From Sporopachydermia quercuum (lineage: Eukaryota): 64,000 nucleotides of DNA. A program made the translations under genes and the position numbers. The DNA lies in assembly GCA_001599295.1 (NCBI GenBank), contig BCGN01000002.1, positions 248,001-312,000 on the forward strand, read 5' to 3'. Each line of letters begins with the position of its first letter. Position 1 is the stretch's first letter. Positions 57,073 to 64,000 of the stretch are shown piece by piece. The notes below the pieces were generated by a model. It was not told where the DNA came from, did not search any database, and saw nothing but the letters and a program-made list of their open reading frames with translations.

Positions 57073-57903
57073 AGTGTGTAGTGTAGTGTATGGGTTATGT
57101 ATTATGTTGAATGGTTGATTTGCTTCCTTTAATGTTAAAGCATTGTCAGTAGGCGGTTTTAAAATAAACGCCTGTTTTTATGCCTTTCACTTTTCCTATT
57201 CTTTTCTTACGCTTGTTCTACGATTATTCCATGCTTGTTCTAACAGCTAATCACCAAGCATCATAACAGCTATCAATCTTTTCCTTATTGATTATATCAA
57301 TTTCTTTTGCATTCACTTTCTATAGTACATTAACTTCTAGCCAAAATAACTTCTTTCGTATACTTTACATCTGCATAATTATTGACTCCAATACCAAGTG
57401 CGAATCATTATAATAATGTTATTATCATTATCGCTATGAATAAAAAGGAAATTGCTTTGATGGGCACATACTAAAGAAAAAATCGTAGCAAAAAGGCGAT
57501 GGTTCTCGTTTGTTTACTTTGAGCGTTGCCATGGAGATGTGTGAAATTTACAGTTTGGTGTTTGTGGTGGTAATTTTGCATTAGGGTTTAATGATTATGT
57601 GATCAATTGGAGGAAGAGAGATAAATTAGCCGTCTAATAACAGGGATCTGTAAGAGAATGGAAGGTCAGGATTTTTCTCAAAACCAAAGAGAAGAGCAAC
57701 TCAGAAGAGGGAAGAGGGAAGACGGGACGGAATGAGAAATCGAACGGAAAACGGAACTCTGATCACGGTACGGGAACATTAGATATAAACAAGAAGAGTT
57801 TGATCGTTGATTTATCGGGAGGCAGTCTATGGAAAAAAACGCTTGTTAGGCCTGTGAGTACGATAACTATTTACACGGCACATCCAGCAGCGAGACATAA
57901 ACA

Positions 57904-59058
57904 ATGGCAAGAGGTGGAATAAGGAAACAGCCGGAACTGGAAGAAACTGCGGAAACAACTGAAGTTTCAATAACGGAAACGGAAACGGAAGCTATAGCAG
58001 ATTGGGGTATTGCCGGGGAGAGAGAAAGTAATTCAATTACAATTACAACTCCCCATCCGAAGAAACTGAAGACCACTAATTCCAACCCAGTTGATGAAAA
58101 TTCATCAACAATTGGCAGCCCAAATCAAACATTATACATAAAGAACCTGAATGATAAGGTGAAAATTGATAGTGAGTATCTATTTCAATTGACTGGTCAA
58201 GTGTTTAGTATTGGAAGCGATTCTATTTCATAGTTGTCTTATCTCTTGTTATTCTTAGAACTACCTTTTTCTCTATTTATTTCGTAACTATTGACAATCT
58301 TTCTGTTGGTTCAATAGTGGATATCTTGAAACAGAACAGAAGGCATAGAATAATAATTGATTTCCCGGAAACTTGCTTCCTTTTTTTTGTACGCGCATTT
58401 ACCAGAAAGCTCAATCAATGCTTGGTGGTTCGGTAGCCGCTTTTCAATTGCCGAATTGCATGCTGTGGGTTATTTGATTCGGTGATTTTCATTCAATTCA
58501 GTTTCTGCTGCATGATCTTCCGGGCTTTGGCTAATCAATCATCTTGTTCCTGATTTCATATCTGCTATATTTATCATACTACCTTCTGTTAGCATAATGG
58601 GATTACCACAAAGAAAACATGCATTTACATCATAATTACAATACTAAATGCGATATCAATACACTTCATACGTAATAATGCTTCATTTTTGGATATTACT
58701 AACATTTTCTTTAAACTATCTAGCAATCAAAAAGACACTATACATGTTATTCTCCCCCTACGGTAGAGTTCTGAGTATAATAATGATCAAATCTACTAAA
58801 ATGAGAGGCCAGGCTCATATGGTTTTCTCGTCAATTGAAGAAGCGTCTTCAGCATTGAAAAGTCTGAATGGGGCTTTGCTGTTTAAGAAACCACTTGTTA
58901 TACAGTTTGCCAGATCAACTTCAAAGGTGGTGGATTTGATTAATGGGAGCTTCCGATTGAAAGGAGATAGTGACGAGTTTAGTAGGGACAACAATGAATA
59001 TAACGATGAGGTTATACAGTATGATATGGAAGCTTATGATGATGAATTGAGTGAATAA
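57904..59058 (+). CDS. MSL1: U2 snRNP B''-type single-RRM protein (U1A/U2B'' family), 2 exons, 200 aa: join(57904..58171,58724..59058)
   Basis: The intron GTGAGT(58172)...TACTAAC...TAG(58723) joins PNQTLYIKNLNDKVKID|TIKKTLYMLFSPYG...KMRGQAHMVF in frame. A single RRM and MRGQAH favour U2B'' over U1A. Confidence 0.85.
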
Positions 59059-59749
59059 TAGAAGATAGAAGGGAAAGGGAAAAGGAGGAAGAGAAAGAGA
59101 AAGAGGAAGCCGTTCAATTAACAGAAGAAAAGTTTGATAATATATTTCTTGATTCATAACGACATTGTATATATCTACCATTAATATGTATTATAATTTG
59201 ATATTAGTTGCATTTATATGTTGGTTATTTGTAAGCATTGATAGTTCTTATATGCTACTTCAGCTATGTATTCTACCATAGTTTTTATCACTCAGTTTTT
59301 AGTTCACCTTCGGAAAGATATAAATCCTGTAATTCTACTTTTCCAATCAAGCGTGAAAAACCATATAGAAAAGCAGCTTGCTTTTGTCAGGAAACGAGAA
59401 TAAAAGAGAATGAAATCCAGCTTTTTAATACTTCTTTATTAGTCAAGCTGTTTATAATCATTCAGATGCAACATCAATTGATTAACTTGCATTCTAACAT
59501 TTTGGCACTTTTACATTCTTCTATTTTATCATTCTATCTATCAAATGCAGCTATCTTATTGCTCAATTTATTATCTACAGATTCTGTTATATTATGTATA
59601 AGCCAGGAAAAAAAGGTACCATCAGTTATCCGCTAATAATCAAAATAGATCTTCTATTCATTATAGGTTCGTTACCAGTGTCATTTATCTATCAATGGAA
59701 GATAGCAAATGGCCATCAGAAAAGCTAGTGAGGTTCTATTCGAATAGCA

Positions 59750-59779
59750 GAATCTTCTGTTCATTTTAACAGAAGATTC
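59750..59779. repeat. Inverted repeat, 12-bp arms, between the convergent 3' ends of MSL1 and the MFS gene
   Basis: GAATCTTCTGTT-catttt-AACAGAAGATTC, immediately preceded by the palindrome CTATTCGAATAG (59736-59747). Confidence 0.8.
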
Positions 59780-60143
59780 AAAGCTCCACCATTCTTATTC
59801 ATTTATTCTGTTAATCGAGTCTATTAATATCAACGTCAATACATCAAATTACATCAAATAATCTGTAGCCAACTTTAATCAAACCCTTCAGCACATACAA
59901 TGCAGTATATTTGGTATTCTCTATTTTGTTGTTATCATCTTAAAGATAGTAATAATGATAATGGTTGAAACCAGCAGAATAAATAACTTCTGTCACTTCA
60001 AATCCTATTTTCTGTCTACTGTTCCCTGTACTCTTCGGCTTGCTTTTTTTCTATTTCCTACATTATCTTCCTTTTATTCATATTAGCCATTAACATTAAA
60101 ATAATACATAATAAAATCCCCCACTTTTCTCCAAACTTCACTA

Positions 60144-61688
60144 TTAAAAAGTATACTTATAGCCAGGAGCCAAATCACCAGCTTGATGTCTCTTCCTTTC
60201 TGGCCAAGTATTGAACTTCTCCAAATACTCAGGAGAAGCCTTCGTAATATTCGATCGATAACAATAATAGAAATATATACAGCCAACAACTAATGCAAAA
60301 CATACAAACGCCAAACCAATGCCTATACCTTTAACGTATAAAGGAGCATCTTGGGCAACGAATGAGAAAGTAGCAATGATTCCACCAATGTTACCGAAAC
60401 CAATTTGCCATGCTGTTGCAACAGATCTTCTTAAATGTCCTGAAAAGTTCATTGATGACCAGCAAACAAATATAGGCATAGCGGTGTAGCAACCAGCAAC
60501 AGCCAAGAAACATGCACCATAACGGACATTCAGGTTCTCCTTAACTCCTAAAAGCATAGCAAATCCAACAATTGCAACAACGATAGTGAACACGAAAAAT
60601 GGGAATCTCCTCTGGGTGTAATCCGACAGAACAGCAACAATCAAGCCAAAGCCAAAGGTGAAGATCCATGGCCAAACTGAATGCAATTGAGTAGAAACTG
60701 GAGAATAGCCAAAGGTTTGAATAATAGTTGGCGCAAAATAAGCGTATCCATAAGATGGGATAATCAAACCAAAATACGTGAGAGCAATCAGCCATACTTT
60801 GACGTCTTTGAAAACACTGGCAATGTCTTTCCAGGTCAGTTTTAATTCAATAGAAGAGTCTCCCACATCCAAGGCAAGCTTGGCTTTTATGAATTTTCTT
60901 TCATTGTCTTTAAGAAATCTGGCATCTTCGGGGAAATCAGCAATACAGAAAAAGAAGATAATACAACAGAAACAAGTAATAGTACCTTCGATAATGAAAA
61001 TCCATCTCCAACCTTCAATTCCACGCTTACCATCTAAGTGATTAATGCCATAAGCAATTAAACCACCAAAGGCACCAGCGAGATTGGTCGAGGCGAAAAA
61101 GAAAGAGTATCTCTTTTGACCTTCATCTCTTCTATACCACATCGATAGAAGGTAGAAACAACCGGGGAACATACCGGATTCAAACACACCTAGCAGAAAT
61201 CTGCATGCTAGTAAAGCACCATAATTACGAACAAATCCCATACCAATGGTAACAGCACCAAAACACAAGATACAACTGGTGAGCCAAACATGAGGCTTGA
61301 ATCTTTTTAGTAGGTAATTTGATAGAATTTCAAATACAATATAAGGAACAAAGAAGATTGTAAGAGCAACGTTGAATTGGTTGCCCACAAGATGAAGATC
61401 TGTTAACATTCCATATACTTTAGCATTAGAGATGTTGATTCTATCGAGAAACGCTAGCAGATATAATAAACAAATAGGTGGGACGATACACACGTCGATT
61501 TTCCACATTAGCTTACTTTGATTCACATTGTAGTGTTCGGCCAATTGGTTGATCTGCTCCTTATGACTCAGAGAAGGATCAGTACTAAAAGGAGCCTTTT
61601 CACTAGGCAAATCATCCTCTGATCTGCCATCGGTTAAAGTGACGTCTACTTGAGACGTACTGTCGAGTTTTTGCTCTTCTGAGCTCAT
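60144..61688 (-). CDS. MFS transporter, anion:cation symporter (Dal5/Tna1 allantoate/nicotinate permease) family
   Basis: LMWKID, FLDRINISNA, CRFLLGVFESG, GWRWIFIIEG and GFGNIGGIIA, with about 12 TM segments. First ATG is at 61688. Substrate cannot be assigned. Confidence 0.92.
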   Translation of the reverse strand: MSSEEQKLDSTSQVDVTLTDGRSEDDLPSEKAPFSTDPSLSHKEQINQLAEHYNVNQSKLMWKIDVCIVPPICLLYLLAFLDRINISNAKVYGMLTDLHLVGNQFNVALTIFFVPYIVFEILSNYLLKRFKPHVWLTSCILCFGAVTIGMGFVRNYGALLACRFLLGVFESGMFPGCFYLLSMWYRRDEGQKRYSFFFASTNLAGAFGGLIAYGINHLDGKRGIEGWRWIFIIEGTITCFCCIIFFFCIADFPEDARFLKDNERKFIKAKLALDVGDSSIELKLTWKDIASVFKDVKVWLIALTYFGLIIPSYGYAYFAPTIIQTFGYSPVSTQLHSVWPWIFTFGFGLIVAVLSDYTQRRFPFFVFTIVVAIVGFAMLLGVKENLNVRYGACFLAVAGCYTAMPIFVCWSSMNFSGHLRRSVATAWQIGFGNIGGIIATFSFVAQDAPLYVKGIGIGLAFVCFALVVGCIYFYYCYRSNITKASPEYLEKFNTWPERKRHQAGDLAPGYKYTF

Positions 61689-64000
61689 TTTATGTGTATT
61701 TTTGTGGAGAAAAAATATATAGCTGATATTCAATTCTTCAGGGGTTGATAAATATAGCTATAAGATAAAAGAATCGTCTTAACAGGACAACACACACTAG
61801 GACTAGGAACGGCACGGTATGGTATGATAATAGAAAGTATGGCAAAAAGCATGAAAATATAGTGGAAATTTCGTGAGAAAGAAGAAAAAAACGGAGATTT
61901 ATGCGTAAAGGGTTAATTTATAAAAGAATTGCTCACTCCGAGGTGAAAAATATTCCCTATGGGTAAAAAATACATACTTACTAAAATTGCCTAACAAGAT
62001 GATGATGAAGTGAAAACTTTGTACGGAAATGATGAACTTTAATTAGTATGTGAAGTTAAAATAAAGTTAAAAGCTAGCTAAAGCTTATTACCTGCTCTAT
62101 CCTCCTTTTGCGGGCCGAGAAGTGATTATGAAGAAGAGCAAGGATCGATTAGTTGCGGTTGATACAGTTTTAGCAGTAAACCACTGCTATTTGTGGGGAA
62201 AAAGCTAGAAAGAAAAGTCTATGTTTATTGTCTTTCTTTTCAGCATGCGGAAATCAAAATTGGAAAGGCCGATTATTGGAATTAACTTCCTGGGTTGATT
62301 TCCAGCTATCTGGATGCAGATCTAATAGGATTTAGGGCTGAATTGTGTTATATTCCTTGGATTATTTGTAGAATTAATAATCGGTGGATTTTTTGAAGAC
62401 TTTTATTCTTTCCTTCAAGATTTCTGATTTTCATTATTGTCCAAACTGCCTTTGTTCTTTCGTTTCAATGTGCAGTTATTATCAGCTTTTTAAAGTCAAA
62501 GAGCTGCAACTGCAGCAAAGCTTGTAAGAAATAAACTTTGAGATTCCGCTCCGTAAATTTCCTAATTAGTATTATTTTAAATTTTCGGAAAATTGACAGA
62601 AAGCTTATTTCTAAATCAAAAAACTCTCTTATGATTTGAAGGTGAAATATCAAATAAATGCTGTTTTCTCTCTACATTTTTATTAATTTACTGCTTAATC
62701 TTTTGTGTTGTGGGTTAATTATTTGAATTTTGGATTATAATAGTTGAAGTTTATACGGAGGTTGCAGTCTGTTCTTGTGCTTCAATCAAAAGAAGTTTCT
62801 TCGATCGGGGAAGTGAAAACTAGAGTAGAGCTATCTATCATACCATTATTACTTATAAAATCTAAAATTTAGAATGCCAAATTATTAAATCTGCTAAATA
62901 AGTAACTGATTTCAATTCCTTCAGCAATATAATTTCTTCTCAGTTGAGAGCATTTTGCTTGTTGTAACGTTTTTCAGTATAGTCGTCCCAACCAAAGATC
63001 AATTACTGACAGGCTTGCAACTTGTTGATACAGGTAGTTAATATCTTATTATGAGGCCAATAAGTTGAATCTTTGGCGGATTCTCTATTGTGAGAATAAA
63101 TTGTCCAAAAATATCTAATAATGCTGTGTGGAGGAGTATGGAGATCGATAGTTATTCCAGTCTTTTTCTTGTGTTTTAATCGAACATACTTCCGCCTCCT
63201 AGCTTATTCTACATATTGGATACATCAAACATTCTCATGCTTTTGTCAAAATTGATCAGCTGCAAGCATCAAGCACCAACAGTCCTTGATTACTCAAAAT
63301 TTAAATATACAACAATGTAATCAATGGAACATTTTTCTTTTAGTGATCTAAATTTATAGATTGTTTTCGATGACTCATTAAACCATACCATACAAATAAA
63401 GTTTACTGATCGGATTAATTCTCCGGAATCTTATTTAAACAAAATGCGGTCCGTAAACGGTTTAGCTTTTGGGCATTCCACTCAAAACTCAAGTTCTTCG
63501 GTATATTTTTGAGACATAGGCACTCCTTTCTTTTCGCATTGGATAACAGCCGTGTTGTAGACGCCGATATTCACCGTTACAGGATCTTTGTCTATGTATG
63601 GTTTAGCTCTGGATTATCAATATTAAGCAATTACAGGGATTTTAGAATGTGGGGTATTGTTTGGGGTTCGTTCAACTCCGATGAATTTAGTTCACTTAAA
63701 TGGCAGCGAATGGATCAAAGAAACGAACAAAAAATAACTCCAAGTTACATCTTGTTTAAGTTTCATTTTGCCAGGTGCAGACAAAAGCAGAAAAAAGCCG
63801 AAAGACTGGTGCTCTTATAATTATTAGTGTTTTCCAAGAAGATCGAGTGACAGAAATTAACCGAAAAAGAACTGTGCTTTATGGTAGAATGAGAATATGA
63901 AGCAGTGTGAGAAGTGCCTCCTAGAGAGAAAAATGATTCAAACAAAACGAGCTTCAAATAAAGATATTGAAGATATTATAAGGAGCCTTTTTTGGATTTG

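Noticed and set aside
814..63957. Numerous short (60-150 aa) ORFs in the track, antisense or overlapping real genes or in AT-rich spacers
   Set aside because: Mostly TTG/GTG starts, shadow frames of real CDSs, or low-complexity hydrophobic translations with no motifs.
61700..64000. Long upstream region of the MFS gene examined for a TPP riboswitch or hidden gene
   Set aside because: No TPP aptamer core and no spliceable ORF found; only scattered CGG triplets and one Mig1-like GTGGGG.

Overview
Eukaryotic, AT-rich nuclear DNA from a budding yeast (Saccharomycotina). It is most likely an early-diverging, intron-rich lineage using the standard genetic code, since CTG falls at conserved Leu positions in VPH1, PEX6 and LEU1. 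The window holds about 20 protein-coding genes: a P450, POM33, TUB2, a steryl-ester lipase, VPH1, a Cys-rich GPI protein, an ELYS-like gene, POS5, an orphan, RPD3, HUT1, PFA3, MDJ2, PEX6, SRP68, a MARCH5-like ligase, a C2H2 protein, LEU1, BRN1, MSL1/U2B'' and an MFS permease. Five of these had to be rebuilt by hand from 12 spliceosomal introns that the ORF track misses. An unannotated H/ACA snoRNA (snR10-like, with an intact guide pocket for the 25S A-loop) lies downstream of VPH1. The most interesting candidate system is the 552-nt intron of the U2B''/MSL1 gene: it contains a complete frameshifting cassette exon, a GC-rich foldable segment and an AUUGCA motif, consistent with an autoregulatory poison-exon switch. 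No tRNA, rRNA, transposon or CRISPR features could be supported. All family calls come from recognising motifs by eye; no searches were run.
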